A stretch of 64,000 bases of DNA, taken from Schizochytrium sp. TIO01 (taxonomy: Eukaryota > Protista > Bigyra: Labyrinthulomycetes). Below, piece by piece: positions 23,140 through 33,731 of the stretch (its first letter is position 1; every line of letters begins with the position of its first letter). The translations under genes were made by a program, and so were the position numbers. The notes below the pieces were generated by a model. That model saw only the letters and a list, made by a program, of their open reading frames with translations. It was not told the DNA's origin and did no database searches. The DNA lies in NCBI GenBank assembly GCA_004764695.1, contig SMSO01000032.1:124001-188000 (forward strand), in the 5' to 3' direction.

Positions 23140-24993
23140 ATGAGCGTTTCTCCGTTGGCTCTTCTTCAGGAGGAATTTCGTGACGAGGAGGTTTCGGCAA
23201 AGCGGCGGGCTGCGGAAAAGCTCGACATAGTTGCCAAAGCACTCGGGCCTGAACGTACACGCGCGGAGCTGGTCCCGTGGCTACAGAATAACTTGCAACA
23301 GGAAGACGAGATTCTGTACATTTTTGCTCGCAAGTGCGGCGAGTTACGCAACCTCGTAGGAGGCGCAGACAAGGCCGAGTGTTTGCTGCCATTCGTAGAG
23401 GGCCTACTTAACGTAGAAGAAACTTTTGTTCGTGATGCAGCTAGCGAGTGTGGCAGGGCAATCATTGGAGACCTGAAGAATCCTACTTCCAAGTCGAAGG
23501 CTCTTGAGTCCATTTTGCGCCTGGGAAAGGCCGAATGGTTCACTTCGCGCATGTCCGCGTGTGCACTCTGCGGTGCTATAATGAAAGCCGGTCTAGAGGG
23601 CGAGGAGAAAGCTCAACTCAAGGAGTTTTATTTTACCTTATGTAAGGATGAGACGCCCATGGTACGTCGTTGCGCAGCCAAGGAATTGCCAAGCATGATC
23701 GAGGCCATGAACCCGGCCGATGTGATTACCGAGGTGCTTCCAATCTATTCTAAGCTAGTGACCGATCCCCAAGACTCTGTTTCGATGAACTGGATCTCCA
23801 ACATTGGCATTCTTGTTGAAAAACTAGGACCTGAACTGAGCGAGGAGCAATGCCTGCCTCTCATTAAGCAGTATTGCGTGGACAGATCATGGCGCGTGCG
23901 CTACACAGTGGCTCAATCCATGGAGAAGCTCTGCAAGGGCTTTTCTCCGGCCGTGGTAAACGAGGTGCTTCTCCCTCTGTTTTGTGAGCTGTTGCGCGAC
24001 CCTGAAGGAGAGGTGCGCAATGTTGCTTCAGAAAATATTGTTACCTTTGCTGTGTCTGTGCCTCCTGATGAATTCTGCGCTGAAGTCATCCCGGTTATGG
24101 CAGGCCTCATTGAGATGGATATGCAACGCTCTGTTCGTATCAACATTAGCAAGGCCACAGTGGACGCTCGCCTTCTCAAGGCACTCCAGCGTAATCACGT
24201 TACAGAGCATTTGGTCCGCTTGTGGGAACACTTTCTGAAGGACTCAAACAGTGTTTGCGCCCCTGAAATGCGTTTGGTGGTCTTGGACAATCTTTCTTCG
24301 ATCATTGATACACTTGGTCCAGAAACTGTTGCCAAGGACTGGGGTCCGATGTTGTGGAGCCTCTTTGAATCCTCTAAACTTCACAACAGTGGTGATGGCA
24401 CTGGCGTTGGGTCGCTCATGCAACAGGGCATGGGCGGCATGCCCAGCAGCGAGGAGATCGAGTACCCCCACTGGCGTATGCGCAAGGCCATTCTCAATGT
24501 TATTGGTAACCTTGCTGGCAGTGGTGCAGGTGACCCTGCTGTAGAAAAGCTTGTCCTGGATATCTGGTCTGCCAGTCTTGCTGATGAGGTCTTTGAGGTG
24601 CGCATGACTGCTGCATCACTACTAGCAAGCTTTTGTGAGCCTGGTAGTAAGGTTGGAGCTAACACTGTCACATCTCTTTTTGTCCCACGGCTGCTTGACT
24701 TTTTTAAGCAGGGGAAATCTCGTTTTGCACACAGAATCATCTTTGCAAATGCTGTGGCGAAGCTGGCCTTGTTCCCTGGCCTTGCGGAGCCTTGTATGAG
24801 CAACTTGGAAAAGTGCCTTGATGACAAGGTGCCAAATGTGCGCCTTGCCACGCTTTCGGCACTCTGCCAGGTGAAGGATGCAGCGGTGAAGGATCGCATC
24901 TCCAGAAAGGTTACTGCACTCATGTCTGATCCTGATTCAGATGTTGCCATTGAGGCAAAGCGTTGTGCTGCATGTTTCGCATCTTCCTCATAA
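23140..24993 (+). CDS. Protein phosphatase 2A scaffold (A/PR65) subunit, HEAT repeats
   Basis: ALGPERTRAELVPWL, EETFVRDAA, WFTSRMSAC, DETPMVRR.AA, DRSWRVRY, LLRDPEGEVR, HWRMR and DKVPNVR match PR65 HEAT repeats. First ATG at 23140. Confidence 0.9.
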   Translation: MSVSPLALLQEEFRDEEVSAKRRAAEKLDIVAKALGPERTRAELVPWLQNNLQQEDEILYIFARKCGELRNLVGGADKAECLLPFVEGLLNVEETFVRDAASECGRAIIGDLKNPTSKSKALESILRLGKAEWFTSRMSACALCGAIMKAGLEGEEKAQLKEFYFTLCKDETPMVRRCAAKELPSMIEAMNPADVITEVLPIYSKLVTDPQDSVSMNWISNIGILVEKLGPELSEEQCLPLIKQYCVDRSWRVRYTVAQSMEKLCKGFSPAVVNEVLLPLFCELLRDPEGEVRNVASENIVTFAVSVPPDEFCAEVIPVMAGLIEMDMQRSVRINISKATVDARLLKALQRNHVTEHLVRLWEHFLKDSNSVCAPEMRLVVLDNLSSIIDTLGPETVAKDWGPMLWSLFESSKLHNSGDGTGVGSLMQQGMGGMPSSEEIEYPHWRMRKAILNVIGNLAGSGAGDPAVEKLVLDIWSASLADEVFEVRMTAASLLASFCEPGSKVGANTVTSLFVPRLLDFFKQGKSRFAHRIIFANAVAKLALFPGLAEPCMSNLEKCLDDKVPNVRLATLSALCQVKDAAVKDRISRKVTALMSDPDSDVAIEAKRCAACFASSS

Positions 24994-27900
24994 TTGGTTT
25001 TGCTGGCTTATTCTCACAAACCCGTCCCTTCATAAACTGCACCAGATGTTACTGGCTGTACTGATTAGAAGACGAGGGCAGAAAGAAGGTTGTGCTAGGG
25101 TAGTAACAACGACTTGTCTTGACTTTCAAAATAGGTTGGTACGAACTGTCTTCGATTTATTCACTCGCATCTTCATTCATATTTCGTAATCCTGTGCATC
25201 TTGTTATTTTCCTTAGCTCATCAACCCTCAACCTTCAAACAAGCAAACAAACCTACTAGCTATTCACGAACGCGGAGTAGGCTAAATAATCCTTGTTCGT
25301 TGCTTTAGCAACCGACCAACATTCCACCCCTTTGTTTTTGTTAAAAGTGATGACAAATATACCAATGGACGGAAAGCAAAACAAAAACAAAAAAATAAAT
25401 CGCTGCATACGAGCTCGAGTGGCGAGCTGTTTCTTCAACAACAAAGGAAACAACCTTTACAAAATAGCCGGCGCACTAAGGGTGTGTTAAGCAATACATG
25501 GCATCAGCAATTTTGCGATTGCTCAAACGCCACCATCCGATCGATCCTTCGTATTAAAAAAAAGGGGGGGGGGGATAACTCTTTCTAAAAATAAATCGTG
25601 TATTTGCGGCTGCGCAGCCCAGGGTAAGTGGTGCGCTGGTCTTTCGCACAGGCGTCTTCCCTCATCTCTTACTTTATGTCGAGGTGGTGGCTTCTTTCTT
25701 TTTTGGTTTCCGATTTTTTGTGAGCAAAGTTTCAAGCTAGCGAACACACCAATCAATATCTCTACATTTTTACTAATTCCTGCGCAATGCAACAAGTGTG
25801 CATCGATTGGTTCCTCCCCCAACAAAACTCATTATACTCCGCATGCATGACTAATGCTGGGGTTCTCCTATGCTAGAGCATTCTTTGCCTTCAACTGGGG
25901 TAACTTTATCGCCTGTTGGCATGCACAGCCTGGATTCCCACAGTGCGTCGACTTTCCTTTCACGAACAAGCCTGAACACATATCACTTTCTGCGCCTAAC
26001 AACTTCACTATAAAAAGAAATTTAAGAAAAAAATAAGTACAATCGTAGTAGAACTACAATTCAAATGCTTAGAGCCCAGGTTCGGTCCCTCAATAATGGT
26101 AGCAGAACTCCAACACTCACACTATCTTATGTGTATAGAAGACAGCTGGCCCCTTTATGAGTTCATCTTTTTGTTGATGTCTTACTTCGAGAAATACGAT
26201 ATCTGATTCAACAATTCGATCTTGTTTCTTCATCCCGTGCTCTTAAAAAGGAAGGATTGTTATACTACATTGATAAATAAATAAACATTACTCGCATAAA
26301 TGCGGCGTTGGCTGTGGTTGCAGTTGCAAAAGGGAATAACAAGTTTGAGAACCACACCAGATCAACCTTGACATAGTTTTGTATTAAATGGCCTTGTTGG
26401 CACTTACCAGGGCGAAGTTTTTTTATAAAGTTTCCGTTAAAAAAAACTAGATATGTACAAACAAAGGATTTCGACTTTCTGGTTCTTTACTTTTCCTATT
26501 TCCCAAGAAGACATATATCTTTGATCCGACGCCATATCTCTGATTCGTACCAAAGTAAAGCTTTTTCCGCTCTTTAGTTCTAAACAAAAAGAAAAATAAA
26601 TAAACGTAAGTTTTCGAAGAGAGTATTACATCAACCTTACAGAGTATGTTCGCTCTCTGTCAGGCTACACTGTCAGGCTGCACTGCAAAGAGTCACAGTT
26701 CAGACTAAAAGGACAAAACAAGCAATCATAGTTCAGCAGAGCAGCTAATCGTTGCTTGCTTTTTGTAGCTTCGATGAGACATATGAAAGCGAGAAAAGAA
26801 CATTAGAATCCTCAACTGTTGTATTGGTCTAGAGATACCCAGCAATTTTAAATTTAAAAATAAAAATTAAACGAAAAAATATCCGCGTTTACGATTTTAA
26901 AAGCTCGCAATGCATATATAGGACTCGGACCTACATTAGATCATAATTGTGTCTTTTTCCTAGGAATCTGAACTTGACAAACTTTCATTTAATATCTCAA
27001 CCCTAGTCGCGGTCACTCATGCCGATGCTTAGCAGGATGTGGAACGCTGCATTTGTTTGTCAACCTCTAGTTCAAAAAATTGTAAACATATCTTTTTGGA
27101 AGGGTTGATTCATGAGGCTGGTTTAGAATTTTTTGTTCTGGAGTGTGAACCTACATGCCAAACAAACAATGGAAACTTCCCGTTCCACAGAACCTTTTCT
27201 TGATCGCACGGCTCTATACTTAATTGGTCTACCTTATTCTAGTTGAAAGGGTGCAACTAGTGTATACTGCTACTTCTACAAAGGCAGGTTGACACGCGAC
27301 GGATCGAGCTGAGCTCTTTGTGCCCGAGATTTCCGAATTTACAAGTAAGCTTACGCTAGCGTATCACCTTGCTCTTACTGTACGAAACGCTGCACCTCAC
27401 AGATACGTTGTCATGTCAAACATATGTAGCTACTTCAGGTCGGCCCATTGTCGATGATCGCACGATTAAAATCTTTGCTCGGAAGTGCCGGTTCTAAAAT
27501 TCGCCGTATTTGCCCTAATTTGTTCACCCGACTAATAAAGTCTTAGCTTTAACCGTAAACATATTTTTATTTTAAGCCATCAATACTCCTCTTTCGAAAG
27601 CCCTCCTTGACCTTCAGAGAGGCCTTCTTCCGAGCTCAGGGAGTGCGCTAAAACTTAAAAAATCCGCTTGCCAAGTTGCAACTTGGCGTTGTATTATAAT
27701 GCTGCGATAACTTCTTTTTTAGTTGTAGTCCCATATACTTCCCATAAATTCATTATGTAGATACTCGCGGCTGTGGTTAGCCGAAAAAAAATGCTCTTTT
27801 AGGTAGTTGATGTTCCTAATGCCGTTCATAATAGTAGAACGTGTTCTTCAAACCTCGTGACCGCGAATAAGCGGCGCTGCTTTGATCAGGAAGGCTCAAA

Positions 27901-30800
27901 GAGCCGAGAAAACTTAAAGGTCACAACTTCTCTTCTTCATCAAATTTTCAAAACATGTTAGCAAGATACGTAGGGATCTTAGTAGCATACGTAGATACTA
28001 CCCTCTCGAAAACAGAGCTTCAGAAAGAAGCTAAGAAAGAACTTGAACCACCAAAGAAAAGAACGATATCATCACACACCAGAAGAAAGGACTATGCTCA
28101 AAGTGCATGATTGAAATCCTCCATGATGAGGAAGTGACCATCATACCGCCTAATTTCCTAGCTTTCGAGTATTGCAGTAGTTGCCATGACAAATTGTCAA
28201 TCTACATTCGTAGCTCGCATGCCGTGGGTTCAATCTCTTGACATCTTGATAGCGCGAAGAAGGGTGCCAACTGGAGCTCAGAATAAGTAATTCAGAAGTG
28301 CGCACTTCCAGGCGGGTCTGCATGGCTTCCAGGCGGGCGTTTTCACTTCTTCCAGCACGCCATCGACAGCGACATCTTTCCAAGGCCAAGAGCAGTGAGA
28401 CGAACCTCGCTTTAAATTTACTACATAATACTCCGTGTCAGCTCTGTGAATCGCTGCTCATAAATCACAACTCCAGGGCTTGAGTATAGGCGAGCAGCCC
28501 GTTTTAGCACGACTACTACAATTGTTTTGACGACAGTCTAAGATGAAGTCGCTCCCCGTGCGCAATGTGCAAATAAATGCCTGGCTATTGATGTGAAGAA
28601 CGAGGAAAACTTGGAAAACTTGATAGCAGTCCAAGTATCTGACTTTGAGCCTTTAAGGGGGCCTTTCCAAATCAGGTACCTACATATTAGTAGCAACCTA
28701 TTCAAAGCAAACCAAGGTTCTTGAATGTTAATGAGCTTCCTTCTTGCTTTCCTTCAAGTTTGTACTAGTACTTAGATAGTAGGTAGCACTCGCTTAAAGG
28801 TGAATGATTACTTCCTTCTCATGTTTCCCTTCTTTTTGAACAAGCGCGAACTTTTCGGACATTGCTCGGGCGCCCGTGCTAAGCAGGATTTCTTTCGCCG
28901 CTCCAGCGGGACACAGACAGAGAACGATAAGGCTATGCCGAGGCCGAGCCTGTGGCTCTACGAGCAAGTCTTCGCGATGCACAAGCGTGACTTCGTGAGC
29001 TCGGCATTCGATTTTTGTGGTTACAGTCCTCGTGGTTAACGATGAAAATGCGCGAGAAATTCAAACGGAATTCGAAACCTCAAACTGCATTTCATCTCCC
29101 AATTAAACGCAGTCCGCAGTCGTTGTCTTCGCCGCGGCGTCCAGAGCGACGGAGTTGCAGGCTGGATGCGGCGCAGCGAGCATGGCGGCGAGCGTGGCGG
29201 CGGTCGGGGAATTATTGGCGCTCTTGGCAGTGCAGGCCTGGGCTTTTAGGGTATTCTTGTGCCCTCTCGGGACACTGCCCTCACGCACGGTCCCGACTTC
29301 GCTCCGCAGACGCGGCAGCCGGCATCCTCGAGGTCGATCCACAGCACCGCCTCGAGCTCTTCGCAAGCAGGCTGGGCAAGAAAGACTTTGACGTCGCGGC
29401 GTCTTCAGGTTTAGGATTTCCATTGTGCCACAATTCGCAATTTGAAATTCAAAATCACTCGAATCATTCAAATTTCAAATTTCGTTTTCAAGGCTACAAA
29501 GAAAAAAAGAAAAAAAAGTTTCCAAAATCCACATAACGAAGGAAGATTTCAAATCTTCAAATACCCTATTAGCGAACCTTGCCGCACGACGGCGACAGCA
29601 ACAACGACAACGAGGACGGCAACGACAACGGCGAGACCAGCAATGGCGTCTCGAGCTCCCCTCCCGGTGCCCCTATTTGCTCTTCTCTGTGTGCCGCTGC
29701 CGACAAATGCTCTGGACGTCATCCTGATGCTACGTCGGGTTTCAAATTCAAAGTCCTCCGGCTCACTGTTCTCGCTTCCTTCAATATTAATCTCTGTGGC
29801 CTCCAAAAATTAGGACCTAGAAGCCAAGGTCGATTACGCTACATCGAGCTTGAAGATCGAACCCATTGAGCGACCACTGATACGCTGCGCCAGTCAACTG
29901 GCGGAATCCAGAGCGCTTGTATTCAGAAGCTTGAGCAGGCTATTGTGATCCTCCTCTTTTCATGCTCTTGGCCTCTGTCCATTCTTCGTTCTTTTCAGAT
30001 TCTTTGGAAAGAGGATATGAGTTTTTTCCCCCTTTTCCACGATTTTAATATATATTTTTTATAATTAAGACGGACTTATTAAAAACATCATCGTCGATTG
30101 TTTTTAAAAACTTAATTAAAATACCCGTCTGTTCTCACTGAAAAGATGAATCGCACTTTCGCCGCGCATTAAGAAACCTTGGTCATTTTCCAAACGATTG
30201 AAAATCACGCTCACAAAGTGCACCAAGCCACGTCTATTCCCCGTTGACCCTTGCTCGATCCGCCTTCTCCCACCCACTCCCTTCAGCCTCTGCCTGGCCG
30301 GCCTCTCTCAATCCACGTCTCTTCTCCTGCCCAATGCGGGACCCTCGATCCATCGACCTCCCTCCCTCTCCACTCAACGCCTCCATTCCTATTACCCTCC
30401 TATCCTATTCCATAGCAGTCGAGGCTCTCTCTCTCTGGGCTTCTTTGTTTTGTTTCCTTTCCCTCTCTTACTTTCTTTCCCTGTGCTCACTTCTTCTTTA
30501 GGAGCTGCATAGCTGTTTCTCTATGGGGGCGTTTAGTTAGTTCATCATGGACCGACAAAGAATATGGATAAATGGAGAGATGAAGGAGTAATGATATATC
30601 TGATTTGAGCACCGTCTTGATCTCCTTCTGGTTTCGGATCATCCATATCCCTATCGCGGCGGCGCTGCTGGACGGCGATTGGTTTGTCTTCATAACAACT
30701 TGGCCGCACGCGAGCGGATCTGGGCCTGTTGCGCATACTTTGGTTGACTGAGAGAAGGACCGGTTCCTCTGTACGAGAGACGGATTCTTGAGCAAACAAG

Positions 30801-33731
30801 ATGCCAGTGGGTATCGTCGTGGTAGGCGCCACGGGCGCTCTGCCCATGAAGCGCATGTTCCCTGCGCTCTTTAGACTTTTCTGCACTGAAGTTGTTCGCG
30901 ATGTCACCATCGTCTGCACTTCTGAAGAGGAACACACGGACGAGTCTTTCCGCAAGGAGATCAGACCTGCTCTTGGTGCTGGAGACCTTGAGGGATTCCT
31001 CCTGCGATGCTCCTACGTGCAGGGCGACGCTTTTCAACCCGAGGTTGCTGAGATCATTGCCAAGAAGCTCGAAGGCCAGTCTCGAATTATGGTGTACATG
31101 AACCCTCAGGTCGAGATTGAGGACATCGAGGTTGATCCCCTCGCCGCCAAGCTCAAGCCCATGTGCAAGAAGGCTGGTGGATGGCTCCGCTGCGTTATCG
31201 AGAAACCTCTTCACTACGACGGAAGATCTTCGAAGGATCTTACTCGTAAGCTTCACAAGGCTTTTGGAGGTGAAGAGAACGTTTTCCGTCTTGACCATTT
31301 CATTGGAAAAGAAATGGTGCAGAATATCGCGGCCGTGCGTTTTGCCAACCGCTTCCTCGAACCCGCATGGAACTGCAGCAACATCAATGCCGTAGTCATC
31401 AGCTGTCGCGAAACCCAACTCATCTCTCCGGGCTCTAGCGCATCAATTTTTGATGAGCAGGGTATCGTTCGCGACCTTATCATCGACCACCTAATGCACA
31501 TTATGGCCCTTGTGGCAATGGAGACTCCCGTTGACCTTGCTGATGGGAAAAGTGTCAGCGATGAGGTAGCAAAGGTCCTCCGCTGCGTTGAGCCCGCCAA
31601 ACTTGAGGATACTGTACTTGGACAGTACAAGGGCTACTGCGACACAGAGGGCGTCAACGAGGAATCCATGACACCAACCTTTGCACTCTGCGTCTTGTAC
31701 ATCAACAATCCGCGTTGGCACGGAGTGCCCTTCATTCTCAAGGCAGGAAAGGGCCTGTACGAGCGTCGTACTGATGTTCGTGTGCAATTCAAGCCACCCC
31801 ACAACAAGCTCTTCCCGCCCAGTCGTGGCGGAGGACCCCTTAACGAACTGGTCATCCGAATTCAACCCAATAGTGACATCTACATGAAGATGATGCGCAA
31901 GGTGCCTGGTCTCAAGCTCAACGTTGCCGTGACCAAGCTCGATCTTCTCGGTAACGACCCGTCTGTTCTGTTGGACAGCGTCGACCGCCCGATGATGCGC
32001 AACGTCACCAGCCAGACTAACCTCCAGAACATGGCCGACAGATACAACTCACCGCTTACCCAAGGGCTCCTCGACGGCACCAATACTAATGCCGGTCTCA
32101 AGGAGTTTCCGCTTCTTAACGCATACTCTCCCGACTCATATGAGCGCCTCATCTATGATGTTGTGCAAAACGACAAGTCCTCGTTCATCCGTGAGGACGA
32201 GATCAACGCTATCTGGGACATCTTTGATCCGCTCATGCGTGACATTGAAGGCGGCGACGACTTTGATGGCGTCGAAGTCAACAAATATGTCATTGGCAGC
32301 CGTGGCCCTTCTGCCGCTTACTCACTGATGTCAACCGTTGGGTTTGTTGGCTACAAGCTTGAGTCTGAGCTTCTTGGTTTCAAGCCCAAATCTGTCTTCC
32401 AGGAGCTCACCTCTCAATTTAGTCTCACTGGATCTCAGATGGAGGAAATTGCTGCTCACTTTTTTCGTGAGATGCGCCGTGGTCTCCAGGGACTCCCCTC
32501 CACCATCAAGATGCTTCCTTCATACGTAACGGAGATCCCCACTAGCCGCGAGAAGGGTGTCTACTTTGCCCTCGACCTGGGTGGCACCAACTTTCGTGTC
32601 TCCCGATTTAGTTTTGATGGCCACGGTGTAGCCTGCATCACCGATGAGCGAAAGTACACTGTGCCTGATGAGATGATGACTGGTACTGCCGAGCAGCTCT
32701 TTGACTTCTTAGCAGAGTGCATCGCTTCGCTTGATACCGGCGCTGAAGATAAGGCTCATGGCCTCTATTACGGATTCACCTTCTCCTTCCCTGTTGAGCA
32801 GGACGCCATCGACCGCGGTACTCTGATTAGCTGGACAAAGGGTTTCACCACCTCTGGTGTTGAGGGCAAGGATGTTGTCGATCTCTTGCGTGATGCCTTC
32901 AAGCGCCGTGGCTTTGAGGGTGACATTACCGCTCTCGTCAACGATACCGTGGGTACACTCATTAGTGCTGCTTACACTGACCCCCGCACAATGATTGGCA
33001 TCATTCTCGGTACTGGTACCAATGCTGCATACCGTGAGAAGGTTGAGAACATTCTTAAGCTGCCTAAGGAGGTCCGCGATCGTGGCGGTGAGATGATCAT
33101 TAACACCGAGTGGGGTAACTTTGGTTCGAATGGAAAGATGCTCCCTACCACCGAGATTGATGAGGAGATCGACAGGAACTCCCGTAACCAGGGCAAGCAG
33201 TTCCTCGAGAAAATGATTTCTGGTATGTACCTTGGTGAAATGGTGCGTCTCTGCCTTGTGCGCATGTATGACGCCGGTGAGATCTGGCAAGGACCGGAGG
33301 CTGTGGTACCTGCGCACCTCAAGACCACCAACTCTTTCCCCAGCCGTTACCTCTCCGACATTGAGTACGACATGTCCGAGCAGCTCACTATTGTCCGCCG
33401 GATTGAAGATAGCTATGGCGTACAGGGGTCGCAGCTTGAGGACCGCATCAAGCTCAAGGAGGTGTGTGGTATGATTATTCAGCGCGCTGCTAAACTTACA
33501 GCATGTGCTATCGCTGCTTGTATTCGCCAAATTGGCACCAACGACCCTGAGCTTGTGGTCGGCATTGACGGTTCTGTTTTTGAGCACCACCCGTCATTCC
33601 GTCAGCGTCTTGCCACTGGCCTTGGTGAGCTTGCTGTTCAGGCCAATGTAATTCTTGCCAAGGACGGATCTGGTCAAGGTGCTGCGCTCATTTCTCACGG
33701 TGCCCTTGTGGCTCGTGGAAAGGCAAACTAA
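30801..33731 (+). CDS. Glucose-6-phosphate dehydrogenase-hexokinase fusion protein (976 aa)
   Basis: G6PD half: GATGAL, IEKP, RLDHFIGKE, GIVRD..DHL, LGQY, RWHGVPFILKAGK, ELVIRIQP, PDSYERLI. Hexokinase half: LDLGGTNFRV, GFTFSFP, WTKGF, VNDTVGTL, ILGTGTN, NTEWGNF, EKMISGMYLGE, DGSVF, DGSGQGAAL. No stop or frameshift between them. Confidence 0.95.
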   Translation: MPVGIVVVGATGALPMKRMFPALFRLFCTEVVRDVTIVCTSEEEHTDESFRKEIRPALGAGDLEGFLLRCSYVQGDAFQPEVAEIIAKKLEGQSRIMVYMNPQVEIEDIEVDPLAAKLKPMCKKAGGWLRCVIEKPLHYDGRSSKDLTRKLHKAFGGEENVFRLDHFIGKEMVQNIAAVRFANRFLEPAWNCSNINAVVISCRETQLISPGSSASIFDEQGIVRDLIIDHLMHIMALVAMETPVDLADGKSVSDEVAKVLRCVEPAKLEDTVLGQYKGYCDTEGVNEESMTPTFALCVLYINNPRWHGVPFILKAGKGLYERRTDVRVQFKPPHNKLFPPSRGGGPLNELVIRIQPNSDIYMKMMRKVPGLKLNVAVTKLDLLGNDPSVLLDSVDRPMMRNVTSQTNLQNMADRYNSPLTQGLLDGTNTNAGLKEFPLLNAYSPDSYERLIYDVVQNDKSSFIREDEINAIWDIFDPLMRDIEGGDDFDGVEVNKYVIGSRGPSAAYSLMSTVGFVGYKLESELLGFKPKSVFQELTSQFSLTGSQMEEIAAHFFREMRRGLQGLPSTIKMLPSYVTEIPTSREKGVYFALDLGGTNFRVSRFSFDGHGVACITDERKYTVPDEMMTGTAEQLFDFLAECIASLDTGAEDKAHGLYYGFTFSFPVEQDAIDRGTLISWTKGFTTSGVEGKDVVDLLRDAFKRRGFEGDITALVNDTVGTLISAAYTDPRTMIGIILGTGTNAAYREKVENILKLPKEVRDRGGEMIINTEWGNFGSNGKMLPTTEIDEEIDRNSRNQGKQFLEKMISGMYLGEMVRLCLVRMYDAGEIWQGPEAVVPAHLKTTNSFPSRYLSDIEYDMSEQLTIVRRIEDSYGVQGSQLEDRIKLKEVCGMIIQRAAKLTACAIAACIRQIGTNDPELVVGIDGSVFEHHPSFRQRLATGLGELAVQANVILAKDGSGQGAALISHGALVARGKAN

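Noticed and set aside
28800-29870. GC-rich block with several overlapping 80-170 aa ORFs and CAACGA-type repeats
   Set aside because: No frame gives a recognisable protein or a consistent splice model.
30690-33590. Antisense ORFs of 242 and 293 aa within the G6PD-HK gene
   Set aside because: Same shadow effect; fully explained by the sense gene.
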